A stretch of 64,000 bases of DNA from Callorhinchus milii (lineage: Eukaryota): NCBI RefSeq assembly GCF_018977255.1, contig NW_024704742.1:77626001-77690000 (forward strand), in the 5' to 3' direction. Below the pieces are notes generated by a model that did no database searches, was not told the origin of the DNA, and saw nothing but the letters and a program-made list of their open reading frames with translations. Numbering within the stretch: the stretch's first letter is position 1; every line of letters begins with the position of its first letter. Of this stretch, positions 34,951-48,700 are shown one piece after another. The position numbers were made by a program, and so were the translations under genes.

Positions 34951-37514
34951 AAAAAAAAATACCTTTTATCTTATCTGATTTCCATCAGATAATTATTTTC
35001 AATTCTTTTATTTTCAATTTGTGCTGACTTTTCTCATTTATTTCAACCACAATTTCCATACGTGGAGGGCAGAAAACTGAGCCAAATTGTCAATCATCAC
35101 AGATATTGCTATTGCCTGTATAAATACAGCTATTGCCTGTATAAAGACACCCTTTTATCCCACTAACTGCCTTTCCTAAGGATTCAACCATATTTTAATT
35201 CTTTTTTTCTCAACCCTTCACCTTCAGACATCATAAAAAATCAATTTAATTTGATGTCGTATTGCAGAACATCACAGAGAACACCAATGTTTGCTGTCTC
35301 TCCTCTGCTGTCATGAAACATAGGTTATTCAGTCACCCCTGTGGCCAGGCTTTAGAAACAGATCTGAAATCACCTTTTAACCGATTTAAAAATTGTCACA
35401 TTGAATCCGTTAAGAAACATCACAAATTTGACACCTATAACTATATATACAAGGGTTGGAACAGGTTAGCAACAATAACAGCAAATGACAGCTATATAGC
35501 CCCCTTCACATCAGAAAGATGTCCCAGGGTGCAGGACTATCGAGGGATTTGGAGGTGGGAGGGTGGCCAAAGCCAACATTGAAGGGAAAAGTCTTTAGAT
35601 GGGACTTGAAAGAGGCAAGAGAGGGGGTGGAGCAGGAAGGAGCCAGGGCTCTGAATTTATTTGATGAATTTATCTTGTGCTCTAGGAATTCTGGCAGGGT
35701 GGGATCAAATGGACCAGAAGGCCTTCTTCATCCAAACCTTTGTTTCAATCATGCAGTAAGAACACAAATTTCATACAAGATCCCAACAAGCAGCAGACAG
35801 CAGGAGCCCGTCTTCATCCTATTAGTTTAGACCGGATTCAAACCCAGGACTGAAAGGTCATGCGACTATCCTCTTGCATCACCCAATCCCAGCTCTATTC
35901 TTTTGTGTAATTAATATAGTTGGCTTTCAACTGTGTTTAATACAATTTGACTTTATAAATGTTGGTCACTAATTCATCAATAGCACTTTGTGAGTAATTC
36001 AACCTGTTTGTCTTCCTTTCCCACCCAATGCACAAAGAATAGGACTAAGCTCTGATCCAGCCACCTAGAATTGGTGGTGCATTAATATTTGAGTGGCGGC
36101 TTGTGCCAGACATATCCCGCTTCTGGAAGTAGCTCAAGTATAAGGTTTTTAAAAAAAACGCATGCATTGTATTCTCTTTCAATACCTTCTATACCTTCAC
36201 ATAAAATGACCCACCAGCATTGAGACTTATCGTAGAACTCAATGAAAATTATTTTTCCATGGATCTTTTGATGTGCTTTAAGACGTCGGCAATTTATAAT
36301 GCTGTGGTGCCATTCTGGCTGTCATGCTGTTTGCCGCAAGTGAATAACAAAGGGAGTTTAAGCAGCAGGAATCTGGCATTATTTGAAAGAAAAGGGGAAA
36401 AAAAATGTCCACCAGTGCAGGCAGCTGTTCGCTTTCTACTTCCAGCGATATCTGCTTAGAACGATAATGTGTTCAAACCTCTACTTCCATTTTTACACAT
36501 TACTTCTCCACACATTTCAGCATCTTCTGAAGCAAATGCATTAGTCTGAGGTGAGTCGGAACATTTGAGGAGACAAGAACTCAGTTTCTCAATTGGCGCC
36601 AGCAGGTGAGAAAGAAACTAACTGGTTCCAGATGGAGCTAAGGGCAAGGGTAGGTTTGTTGAATAGAGAGCCATGAGAGAAGTTCAGGACTGAGCCATAA
36701 AATGTTGGGGAAAATTGGAAAATTCTCCTGAGCCAAGTGTGGAAAAAATAAGGACAAGAAATGGGAATGAAAGTAAAACCACTTCCCACATTTAAATCGA
36801 GTATTGATATTGTCCACAACTGTGCAGAAATCTCTCCAGTGATAAAGATGCAGGTTTATGGGTGCCCTGGGATCATTCAGAAATGCACTGAAATGTTCCC
36901 AAGCTGATACGTAATGGTTACTTTTGGGGGAGTATGCACTGCTAAAACATTGTGCTCGTGATAACAAAAAATGAAAATGCCTTAGTGCATAGTCAAAGTC
37001 ATCCTAATCAGAAATTGACAGTTACTGTGGAATTCAGTTAACCCTTTTCAACCCCGAGCCATGTGGGGACTTGGTGGTGGTGTGTGTGTGGGGCGGTCAA
37101 TAAATGCTATCTTTAGTACATTGATGGAAGACAGAAATATTCTGGCAGCACTCTGCAGTCATAGCCTGACACTTAACAACTGGGCTTAAACAGAGCTAAA
37201 CAAAGGAGCATCATGTATCCCAAGATACCTAAATATTAGTAGGATTCTTAGGCAAGAATGTCATTCGCTGCCTGCAGTAAGTTCCCCAAAATGTGTTTAA
37301 GGCTAGTCCTATTTAAGTCTAAATTCTGAGTCACAAAAGTAATTATGACTAGTAAATTCTGATATGTCAAAACTCGGTTAAATGTTCCAAAGGCATAATT
37401 AAAGAGGTAAATTTAAAGAAGAATTTTGAAAGTGCATAGTGAGGGTGCAAGATGGAGAGATTTAGAGAGAGTGGTCCATTGAGTGGGTGAAAGTGGTTGA
37501 AAGCTCATGCACTG

Positions 37515-38677
37515 TGTTGGGTTTGGGGCAATGAACAGAATAAAACCCACTTATTCTAATCAGCCCACTTTTAATAAAGGACCCGAGAACAGAGGAACTA
37601 AAGACACTCAGCAACACATGCTTTGAAAATACCTTTACTTAATATGAAATGCAAAGTTTGTTAGTTCAATTATCACAAATACAACAGACAGGTAAATAGC
37701 CCAGACACATGTCTGTATCAAAGTAACAGAATCAGTAATTGATCAGTCCATAAATCATTTGAATCTTTGCTTCTTGGGTAGGGTCAGTTGGTAAAATTCG
37801 CAAAGAGCAGGCGAAAGTCTTCTATCAGATGAAAAGTCTCTTGCTTCAGACCAGAAACCTCTTGCTTTGGTATATTGATCACAAAGTCAAAGTTGATGAT
37901 GGACAACTGAGCTGCGTACTTATTTGACAGTAGTTATATGTTGTTAATTCTTCTCGATAGTTGTTATACATTGTTAATTCTTCTCGACAGTTGTTATATG
38001 TTGTTATTCTTCTCATCCCTTTACCTTTCAAATGATTTCAGATGTTCTGGAATTTCTGCAGTTTCCTTCTTCCCGAAATTGCTGGAGTTAATAAAAAGTT
38101 GATGAAACGATGGAAACAGTCTAACTCTGACGGCTTTTAAACCCAAAGACAATACATTTCTTCACCACTTCATATCATCACATGAAAAGATGGCTCTTGT
38201 GTGAACGACATCTGATATGCACTGTCCTAGAATGAACAAAGTATAGTTCGGCCATACACCTTTTATAATCAATTTTCCAAAGGCAGGATAAGAATATACA
38301 ATCTTTCCCTTCTCACGTACATGAAGCAATTATCTCACATAAAAAGAATAATAAAATACAATCTGCAGAATTGTTATTACACCTGCAGATTTGTTATAGA
38401 ACACTTTAACACAACAATGATTACAACATGGATTTGTTATGGGAATACATCCTTAACTACCTCATTATTAACACAACATTAATTAAAAGATGAATTCGTT
38501 ATAGACAAACATCTTCAACAATCATAAACATTTTTCTGGTTACATCATCATTTTTAACCATTAATTAGAATGGTGTTTAACCATCATAAGCATTTCTAAC
38601 CATTAATCAAAACAATTTATTTGATTACATGGGTTAACATATATTCACAATTTCAGTTATAAAGCGCAATCACAACA
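37515..38677 (-). mobile_element. Solo LTR (1163 bp), Gypsy- or ERV1-type
   Basis: Ends TGTTG...CAACA, 4-bp TSD ACTG (37511-37514, 38678-38681); interrupts an old L2 fragment that resumes colinearly. Strand is tentative, from TATA-like and polyA-like motifs. Confidence 0.8.
37926..38014. repeat. 30-bp tandem repeat x3 inside the LTR
   Basis: ga(c/t)agt(a/t)gttata(tg/ca)ttgttaattcttctc; third unit is 29 bp. Confidence 0.95.
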
Positions 38678-39029
38678 ACTGATGGTGGGACAGAGAGAGT
38701 GGTGACATGGAACAAGCCGGAGTTAGCAGTGTTGAGGGAGTCATTGATTTCACCTAGTTTTAGTCTTTAGGGCCATTTCTGTCTTAAAATGTAAGACTGA
38801 ACAGAATTGTGAAAAATTCTTTAATTTACTCTTAATTTGGAAGCTGGTTTTCCACAGTTCTTTAAAAGAAAAAAGCTTTTAAATTAAGATCAGAATGCTT
38901 CAGAATTCTGTGCAATCTTAAATTTTAAAGTCAAATTAATCTTTTCCACTGCTGCAATTTACTCCCACCCTCCCATTCCCCCACAGTCACTGTGTGAAAT
39001 GAAACATACTTATGTCATCACAATTTGGA

Positions 39030-39330
39030 TCCATCATTTGGATGAGATGTTAAACTTAGCCCCATCTGCCTGTTCATGTGGGCATAAAAGATCCCATGGC
39101 ACTATTAAAAAAAATGGGATTTTCTCCTGATGCCCTGGCCAACAATCCCCCAGATAAATATTGGTCATACTTTTATTTCCTGGATGTTTGTAGGGTGTTG
39201 GTGCATACAAATTGGCTGCCACGTTAGCCCACAAAATACAATCGCTGCACTTCACAGCATATCCAGTGAAGCACTTTGAGACATCTCAATGATGTGATAA
39301 GCTATTATATCAACTGCAAGGAATATTTAT
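39030..39330 (+). mobile_element. SacSINE1-like SINE, 5'-truncated
   Basis: gatgagatgttaaac..aaaagatcccatggcactatt..aaattggctgccacgtt..gaagcactttgagacatc. Confidence 0.8.
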
Positions 39331-40156
39331 TTTTCTGTACATTGTTCAGCAAATTTTAGTAATTCAATAATTGTGTATTTTGTATTAAGAAATAAATTAA
39401 GAAATAGAGCAAATTAGACCCCATTGTTTTCTAATAGAAGAATGTCTCAACTACTCTGTGCTCGTAAAAGTGTCCACAGCCCTTTTGATAATTATTTAAC
39501 AAGAACTATTATTCAATTTAACAAGTTTTATTTGCAAAATCATTGTACTGATTTTTCAAAGGGAATTCTTGTTAGACAACAACGTAGAATGTGTGGTAGT
39601 TTGATCCATCATATTGTCAAACCATTGACTGTGAAAAAGTCGCTGTAGCCTTAGTCTCAATAACATCAAGAAACACACATTGATAAATGTCCACTTTGAG
39701 GTGATTACTGTAACTACATTGTACAAATGTGAATGAGCAGCAGAGCGAGTTAAACACTCCCCAACTAAACAATGACAATCACCCTTTAAACTTTAGGCAC
39801 TGATATTGTCACCAGGTAAAACAAATTTGGAGGTGTAACTATGTGCAATAGGTCAAGGCAGATGAAGTAACAAGCACACCAACACATGTAGTCAAAGCAG
39901 CACGATTGGTGAAGCACCCAATATTGTTGACAGTGTCTGTTGATGATAATTCCGCTGTCTCACATTGTCTGCTTCAGGAACTCTTATCAGCTTATTCTCC
40001 TTCTTGCTGTTATAATATCATAACAGACTTTGGGTTTGGCAATGTGGCCATGGATCAAGCCATGCGATTGCCCTGAAAGACTCTGGACTGGAGCTGAGGG
40101 GCCAGAACGTGGGCAGCATAAGGGCTGCTATCTGACTCTGCCTCTCTTTCTGTCAG

Positions 40157-40330
40157 TTAAACTGGAGCAGGGAAAGCCCAGCAGCCTCAGGCACCAGCCT
40201 AGGAGAGCAAAGGAAGCCTACGGCTGACCAGGCTGGCTCTGCCACGGAGACCTGCGCTACTGTTTCACAACAGGCAAAAAAAAGGAGGCCAGTGGCTGTT
40301 GAGTATAACGCACGAGAGACTGAGATAGAA
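40157..40330 (+). other. Candidate 174-nt phase 0-0 exon, unassigned
   Basis: Branch-like ctgac, tract tctgcctctctttctgtcag|, single open frame LNWSRESPAASG..QQAKKRRPVAVEYNARETEIE, donors |gtgcgt (40331) and |gtgagt (40335). Confidence 0.3.
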
Positions 40331-41453
40331 GTGCGTGAGTATGTGAGGAGAGACGTAGGAGCCATGAATGACAAGGAGGCATTTGGACTTTTGGTCACCG
40401 TTCCAACTCCTCTTCCTCAGCTCATCTCATTCCCAGTCAGCAGTGCAAAGCACTCCTAACGTAGCAGGTGCTATAATTTAATTGTTACTTGTGCTGGTTC
40501 CGGAGTGTAAATTGGCTGCTGGGTTTTCTCATAAAAATACACAGTCAATACACAATTAATTCCGTGAAGGGCTTTGAGACATCCTGAAATAAGATGTAAG
40601 GATTAATATTATTAAATGTAAATTGTTGTTTTTCCTACCCAGGAGAAAGGTAAATACCTGTAAAAGCTGAAGTCCTCATACTTTGGGTTTTTCTAAAGTT
40701 ATAGTCGTCCAGTGAATCATTTTATTTTCTTTGGAGTCCAACAGATGTAAACATGTTAACTAACAAATCTGACTGGCCAAGTCAAACTTATTAAATCTCC
40801 TCAGGTTACTCTCTTAAAACAAAAAATTGCAGTTCAGAAACCACAAAATGTTAATTTCTGTGAACGTATATAAATATCCATTTCTGATATATTATACAAA
40901 TTGACTGATGTTCAGAATTATGTTATTCATGTCAGCATACCATGTTTCCAGTGACTGATCTGAAATTATATTATTTTAAGAACTCGCCTACATGGGACAA
41001 TTCTGCTGCTCAGTAATTTTTTGGAACACTATACAATGACTGCAGCAATGTGTGTTTAAATTTTGTTTATATAACAAAATATTACTCATTGCGACCTGAG
41101 ATCAAATCTTAGTCTTGACTGTTGTTCTCACCCCACCCCCCCCCCACCCCGTCCCCACTCCCCCTGGGGAGGGGTTCAGTTTGCACGCATGTTTGACTGT
41201 GGAAGAGAAGCAAGCCCAGGGAGGTCTGTTCACACATCACTCAAGAGCTAGTGAGTCATCCAGAAGCCAGATTTCTCTGGAAACATCTGATGGCTGAACA
41301 ACCTCACACTCCAGAGCAGGGAGTGTGTTAACAATACGATAAAATACACATACAAAACTAATTTTTCATGTCCGGAGGATGTCCCAAGGCTTTAGATATT
41401 CCAGGTTTTGCAACCAAGCGAGGGATGGGGACCGAGGAGGTGGGGTAGAGTGA

Positions 41454-42200
41454 AGAACATAAGAACATAAGAACATAAGAATTAGGAGCAGGAGTAGGCC
41501 ATTCGGCCCCTCGCGTGTGCCCCGCCATTCAATAAGATCATGGCTGATCTTCAGACCTAACTCTAATTACCTGCCCTATCCCCATATCCGCTAATGCCTC
41601 TGTTTTTTAAAAATCTATCAGTCTCAGCCTTGAAGATGTTCAAGGACTGAGCATCTACAGCCTTCTGGGGTAGTGAATTCCAATTCACTACCCTCTGAGT
41701 GAAGAAATGTTTCCTCAACTCTGTTCGAAAAGGCTGACCCTTAATTTTAAGACTGTGACCCCTGGTTATAGATTCTCCTACCAGGGGAAACAGACCCTCA
41801 GTGTCTACTTTATCCAGCCCTTTAAGAATCGTATGTGTTTTAATAAGATCTCCCTTAATTCTTCTGTACTCTAGAGAATACAGCCCTAGTTTATTCAGCC
41901 TATCCTCATAGGTCAGTCCCCTCATCCCAGGAACTAACCGAGTGAATCTACGCTGCACCCCCTCGAGGGCAAGTATGTCCTTTTTTAAATAAGGAGACCA
42001 AAACTGCACACAATACTCTAGGTGCGGTCTCCCCAAGGCCCTATACAGTTGCAGCAAGACTTCCCTATTCTTGTACTCTAAACCTTTTGCAATGAACACT
42101 AACATGCCGTTCGCCTTCTTAGTTGCTTGCTGCACCTGCAAACTAACTTTTTGAGACTGGTGTACAAGGACACCCAAATCCCTAAGAACACTAACCCTAT
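41454..42200 (-). mobile_element. CR1 LINE 3' fragment with (TTCTTATG)n tail, nested in an L2 3' end
   Basis: 204-aa ORF LYRALGRPHLEYCVQFWSPYLKKDILALEGVQRRFTRL; agaacataagaacata repeats; L2 pieces at ~41365-41453 and ~42210-42285. Confidence 0.95.
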
Positions 42201-44084
42201 CTAATCTCTCCTTCTGGGGAGGAAGGGAGGAAAGGTGGCTGAAAAACGGTCAAAGAGGAAGGTCTTGAGGTGGACCTTGAAGATAAATCTAAATTCATGC
42301 AACCCAACCTGGTTTTGTGTCCAGCATCTCTTATAGCGTTCTGTTTCTATGGTGTTCAACTTTGCAAATGAGTTCCTGAAGAATATGTGCCTGTGTGTGT
42401 GCATGTGGGGTGAGGGAGGGTGGGGGCAAGCACTGGAATGCTAGAAAAAACATCCAGTATCCAACGGAACCATTTTTATCTATACATTTTTATTATTATA
42501 ATTTTATTATTAAAATAATATAAAAGATAAAATGTTTTCATACATGCATTCTGCCTGCCTACTATGGGGGGTTTTGACACTCCTGACTCTTTATTTTGGC
42601 CCTGGCAAACAGTTCAGGGTTTTTTATAGGCAGTCTGCCCAATTTAGATCTGTGAGTTAGCTGCTTGCCAATAAGCTTAAAGGTTGTAGGGCCTCCAGTG
42701 TTGGTCTGATTACTGAAGGAGAACAATCATTGCTACTGTCCATGTCCTCCTCGGCCTTTGTGAAAGATAAGTGCCCAATAAGCAAGCATCACAAAATGAT
42801 CTTAACAATCTCAACTGTAAATAAACATTTCCTTATAAACAAAGTTTGAAGCAGCTGTGTAAATACATTTGTTTTTTTTGGTCAGCACTTGACACAGGTG
42901 GAAACCCATCGCTGTGCTTAAAAAGTCTCCAAACCAAATTGCTAAGAGTTCCTTCTAGGCCTGATTTCTGTTTATGTGATGTGGAATGCATTATCTCTTC
43001 CCAGAGAGTCCAGGATAGGTTGGCTTGAGACTAGGCTTGGGGACCGCAAAGTTAGCATTGGGACATTAACCAACTAAAATCAGACAGCTCACCACTGCAA
43101 ACACTGTCTGGCAAGCTTCCTCCTCCTTGTCTGGTTAGAACCACCCTACCCTTGGGGCTTTGGCTTACAGGATTAACTGGTGCCAAGTGGGAATCTGCAA
43201 TGGTGTTCTTCTCCAAGTCCAGTTAAAGAACCAGACTGACTGATCTGTCGTCAACAGTGTCTTCAGTACTATGGATCTGCCTGGCTCAGGAAACAGACTA
43301 CTTATTCCTGGTTTGTTACCCATAGTAAACAATGGGTACAGCATAACAAAAAACTGCACCCTGACACCAGTCATTACTTTCACATTGGTCAGAGTTAGTT
43401 GTTTTGCTGTAATTTCAGCCATAAAATAACCAAAGCTAGGGACCACCCAAGAAAATGACCCTGAAGCTACCTCACCAAGGCATTGAGAAGCAAACAGAAA
43501 CATGCAAGTATTTGGCTACAGTTGTGTATATTGGTCTCCAATGGGAGATATAACGTGAGAACACAGTTTGAAAGCTAGTGTCAGGAATGTACATTATATT
43601 ACTGAAGAGTACTCAGTGTTCTGGGACTGATAGTCGTAAAAGTGTTAAATCTGGCTTCTATCTACATTAAACAGTCTGTCTTATCAGCTGGATGTTAACA
43701 ATCCTATGGGACCATTACAAACGAGAAGGGACTTCCTCCTGGTGTCCTCCACCAAGAGAAACCTCCCTTCAACAATCCCCCCAATAAAACTGATCATGGC
43801 TGTTGTGGGACATTGATGGGTGAAGGTTGGCCACCGCGTTTGTCTACAAAATACAATCACTGCACTTATAGTGTATCCTGTGAAGTGCTTTGAGACCTCC
43901 TTCTGACTTGAAAGGTACTGTACGAAATGCAATTATACTTATTATTTTGTATCCCTCACAAATTTAACCTGTGTGCTCTTTAAATCTCATCCCCAATTCC
44001 TACCTACTTCACCTGGACATCACAACAAAAATAAAAATGGGATAGAATGGGCCGAAAACTCCAATGTTAATCATGTGATTAAGT

Positions 44085-44245
44085 ACTAACTAACTTATAT
44101 TATAAATAGTAATTAATTAATACAACTTAAAATAAAATTAGTATAATACTAATTAATTGGTATTAATACTAATTAGTATTAGTATTAGTTAAATAGTATA
44201 TACGTATTATATTTATAATATTAATTAGAATTAATACAATACTAT
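44085..44245. repeat. A/T-rich low-complexity tract
   Basis: taattaattaatac..attagtattagtattag... Confidence 0.85.
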
Positions 44246-44769
44246 TGTGCAGTCAAACAGTTACCCTTACAATGGTGGGAAGCATCATAACATCCATTGA
44301 CCACCAAATTTAGCTTGGGCAAGGAATATTTTCCAAAATGACTTTGTTGAAAAAAAATTGAATGACAACACAGTTCACTAGAACCATCCGAAAAATATGA
44401 AAGATCAGCACCTTGGGACATCCTTCTGATGTGAAAGGTGCTATACAAATGTAACTTATTGTTGTTCTTAAAACTTGAGATAAAGAATGGAAGGGAATAA
44501 ATCGTGGAATTGTGTTAAATATAATTTCACCAAATTTATCTTAAGGTGGCCCCTAGTTAGTTCTAATTCACAATAACAACAATAATTTATATTTCTATAG
44601 CACCCTTCCTGCAGAATATACTTTACTTTATTCCATTTCGCATCTTTAAAGCTCCCTCTAAGATGTCTCTCTAAAAATTGGGGAATCCTACCTTACCTAG
44701 TTCCTCATAGTGGATAATTCTGATATTGGGGATCATCCTCATTACTGTTATCCTCTGTAGGCACCTCTA

Positions 44770-45130
44770 ATGATAATAATAACCTTGCATTTGATATAGA
44801 GCCTTATCACGTCTTCAAGACTTCTCAAACCGCTTCACAGAATATATTGTAAAGTGAATTGACTGTACATTTTGTGCACAGCAGTGTCCCACAAACAGTC
44901 GTGGATTAAGTGACCAAATTATTATTGATTGATTGATTTTTGAAGGGATAATTATCCCCGGAAAAGCGATCCGCTATCCGACTAACAACTGGGTTCCTAC
45001 TTACTGCTAGGTAAACAGAGTCGTGTGGTGTAAGGAAACTTTCCCAACATTTCGCCCTGCAAGGAATTGAACCCTGATCCTCTCGCTTGTGAAATGAGTT
45101 CTTTAAGCATTATGTTACAGGATTCCCAGA
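44770..45130 (-). mobile_element. DeuSINE-type SINE, long variant
   Basis: Colinear with 10805-11200. Confidence 0.85.
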
Positions 45131-45959
45131 AATACATGGCGTACTCCAGGTACGGCCTCACCAGAGCAGTACATCTAAAGCATGGCTTTGGGTAATGTGA
45201 AATCAACTGTCCACAAAAAACACACACAGAATCCCATCACTTGTAAATGTGAATCCTGTGAAGCGCTTTGAGATATGTCAACAATGTGATAAGGCGTTAT
45301 ATCAAATGCAAAATTGATATCATCATTATTATTATTGAAATACAGCCCAGCATCCTGTTTGTTTTGATTATTCCTGCTTTACACTGTTTTAATATGTTGA
45401 GCGACAAGTCAACTAACACCCTCTTTTAGTCTCTTTTAGTTGTTCCCTCGGCAAATTATTTCCCGTACACAGAACACATGTGTCTCCTATTTTTACTTCC
45501 TATATACAGCACCTTGAATTTATTTGTATTGAACTTAATTTGCCAGTGATCAGTACAGTTGTCTACCCTGTTGAGCTCTGTTTGTAAAACCTTTGGTTTT
45601 AACCTCAGGTGCACATCCTCGACTGTCCAGCGCTTTGGGATGTCTTCCCGATGTGAAGCTTGCTATACAAATGTAATTATTGTACTGTTGTTGTGTTGTT
45701 GTTGCTTTGCTGCCTCTTCTAATTCAATGATTTCCATAATTATGTGTTATCCGCAAATTTTACACTAATGTTACGCCATACACAGGCTCTGTGAATCCAG
45801 GTATACAAATAATAGAAGGGATGCCAGCACCAGTCTCTAAGGCATAAGAATGCTCCCATTTTCACAGAAACCACTCTCTATTTCCTTTGCTTACACCAAT
45901 TCCCAACCCAAAATTAGTTGAAATGGGCTGTTCTTATGTAATCCTTGAATTTGATATAT

Positions 45960-46478
45960 CTCTGCAGCTCGTGTACTCTTGCACACCAGGCTCCGCGACC
46001 CCATCACTCCCACCCTCGCCTGACTCCACTGGCTCCCCATCCCCCGAGGATCGAGTTCAAGATCCTCGTCCTCACCTTTAAGGCCATCCATGGCCTTGAC
46101 CCTCCTACCTCTCTGACCTGCTGACTCCCTACAAACCTGCCCGCTCCCTCCGTTCATCGGGCTCCGGTCTGCTCCATGGCTCCTGCCCAACCCACCCTAC
46201 CATCGGTGGCCGGGTTTTCAACCTCTCTGCCCCTACACTCTGGAACTCCATCCCATGGTCCCTTCATCTCACTTCCTCCCTTGCCTCCTTCAAGGCCGGT
46301 CTCAAGAACCTTCTCTTCGACCGTGCCTTTGGTCTCCCTCCCACCTCTATGCCTTCCCTCACCCCTACACCACCCCTCCTCCATACTCAGGCCTCGACAC
46401 CTGACTGCTCAGCGCTTTGGGATGTCCTCCCGACGTGAAAGCTGCTCTATAAATGTAATTTTGTTGTTGTGTTGTTGT
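45960..46478 (+). mobile_element. L2 LINE 3' fragment
   Basis: ctccactggctcccc..gatcgagttcaagatcctcgtcctcacctttaaggcc..; ttgttgttg tail. A second tandem copy follows at ~46655-47100. Confidence 0.88.
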
Positions 46479-48347
46479 GATCTCTTCTCAATTCAGGAAA
46501 CTATCACTGTCTCTATTACTATCACTATCCAGCTCTTCACTGGATTTATTGTAGTGACTGTGTATTTTGTAGATGAACCAATTTGCACATAACAATATCC
46601 CATAAACAGTCATCAAGTGAATGTTTTATCTGGGGGATTGTTGGTCAGTTGACCGGAAGAAAGCCACATCCTCGCCCGGCCCAACTGGATCCCTAAACGT
46701 CAGAATCGAGTTTAAAATCTTTGTCCTCACTTTTAAAGCCCTCGACAATCGTGCTTCTCCCTACCTCTGTGATCTATTAACACCATGTTAATCTATGCGT
46801 TCCCTCCGCTTGGCGGGCACTGGCCTGCTTTATGTCCCCTACCTTGCCTAACCCACCTTGGTGGTTGAGCCTTCAGCTTTTTTACCCCCACCCTCTGGAA
46901 CTCCATCCATCTGCCTTGTCGTCTCCCTTTCCTTCTTCAAGGCCCATCTCAAGACCTTCCTCTTTGACTGTGCCTTTGGCCACACTCCCACCACCACGTC
47001 CCCTAACTTTCAACCCTCTTCATTCCAACCCCCAGCTCAGGCACTAACCCTCAACTGTTCAGTGCCTTGGGGCATCCTTCTGATGTGATTTGTTGTTGTT
47101 TTTATCTTTTACGATAGCGGCATGAGATATTTAATGTCCACCTGTGTTAAATGTCTCATCCAAAGGACAGCATCTCCAAAACTCCAATAATAATAATATA
47201 ATAATAATCCTTGCATTTTAAATAGGCTCTTATCACTTTGCTAAGACATCTCAAAGTGCTTCACAGAATATATTGTAAAGTTGATTCTATTTTATGGGTG
47301 AAAGTACTTTCCATCAACACTTGTGTTGAAGTGTCAGCCTAGGCTGTGAGCTCAAAGTTTCAATGTGCAGATTGAACCCAGAACTTTTGACTCAGAGGGG
47401 AGAGTGCTGCCAACTGAGCCAGGCTGATAGCTATACACCTGTCACCTGGGTGAGCTGCGCTGGGGTTTCGGTAAGCAGTCAGTGCAACCTATACTTTAGA
47501 GACTTTCCCTTCTCAGCTGCTTATTTGCCACTGGAGATGGAAAAGAAGCCAAGGCAATGAAAACCTGGCTCCTGGAAAAATGCAATGGGTAGGTAATAAG
47601 CCAGCGAAAGTTCACCCCCAAGTATAGAGAGAAAAATAATAATCATAAATAATACTCTTTGTTTTTGATATATAATAATAATACTTGCATTTGATATAGT
47701 GCCTTATCACATTTTTGAGACGTCTGACAGCGGTTCACAGGGTATACTGCAAATTGACTGTATATTTTCTGGGCGAAACACGGCAGCCAATTGCACACAG
47801 CGGTGTCCCACAAACAGATAGGGCACCTTTCATATTGAGAGGATGACTCAAAGCGCTGTACAGGATACACTGCAAAGTGGAATGATTGATGTGGTGGGAA
47901 AATGTGGCAGCTGACTTGTACACAGCAATGTCGCACAAGCAACCATGAAACAAATGACCAATTTTATTTGAGGGGTTGTTGACCAGGATACCAGAAGGAA
48001 CTCCCTACTCAGGGAGCTCAGAGTGGTTGGGCCAAAGGGAGGCCAGGTAAACTGAAGGAGGTTAGGCACGATGACAGAAGGAGATAAGAAATGGAGGGGC
48101 AAGGGCAAGTGCAGGGAGCATACATTAGGAAAAGGTGGTAAACAGAAGGCACAAGAAGGATAAGTACAAGAGTGAGTGAGGGATGAAAACTATCAAAGAG
48201 AGTGAAGGGTACAAACTGTGTTTTGGGGAGAAGTAGCTGAAAGAAAGGGAAAGGGGGCTCAGCAACTGTGACTGTGCAAAGAGAAAAACAATATCCACCA
48301 TTTTATCTGGTATTTCACTGAACAATACAATTATATTGTTCATATAG

Positions 48348-48700
48348 GTGTCAGCCTGGCTCAGTTGGTAGCACTGTCATCTGTGAGTCAGAAGATTGTG
48401 GGTTTAAGCTCCATAGTAGGACTTGGAACACATTAGTTTAAGGTGACACTTCAATGCAGTGTTGGGGTGTATTGCATTGTCCTTCAGATGAGTTATTAAA
48501 GTGAGGTCCCATCAGCCTGTTCAGATAGACATTAAAGATCCCATGGGCCAACACAAAAAGAAAGGGAGTTTCTCATGTTCTCCAAATAAAACAATCCCCA
48601 AATAAATTTGGTCATTCACTTCCTGGCTGTTTGTGGGACATTGCAGTGCACAAATTGGTGGCCACATTCGCCCACAAAAACATACAGTCTTTTCATCTTA
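48348..48700 (+). mobile_element. SacSINE1-like SINE
   Basis: gtgtcagcctggctcagttggtagcact..gagtcagaagattgtgggttt head; Deu-like core. Confidence 0.85.

Noticed and set aside
35108..35149. 21-bp direct duplication gctattgcctgtataaa(t/g)aca (also 16-bp x2 at ~59165)
   Set aside because: Two units only; ordinary slippage.
36595..36612. Second CTCF site ccagcaggtgag
   Set aside because: Lacks the GGC end of the core.
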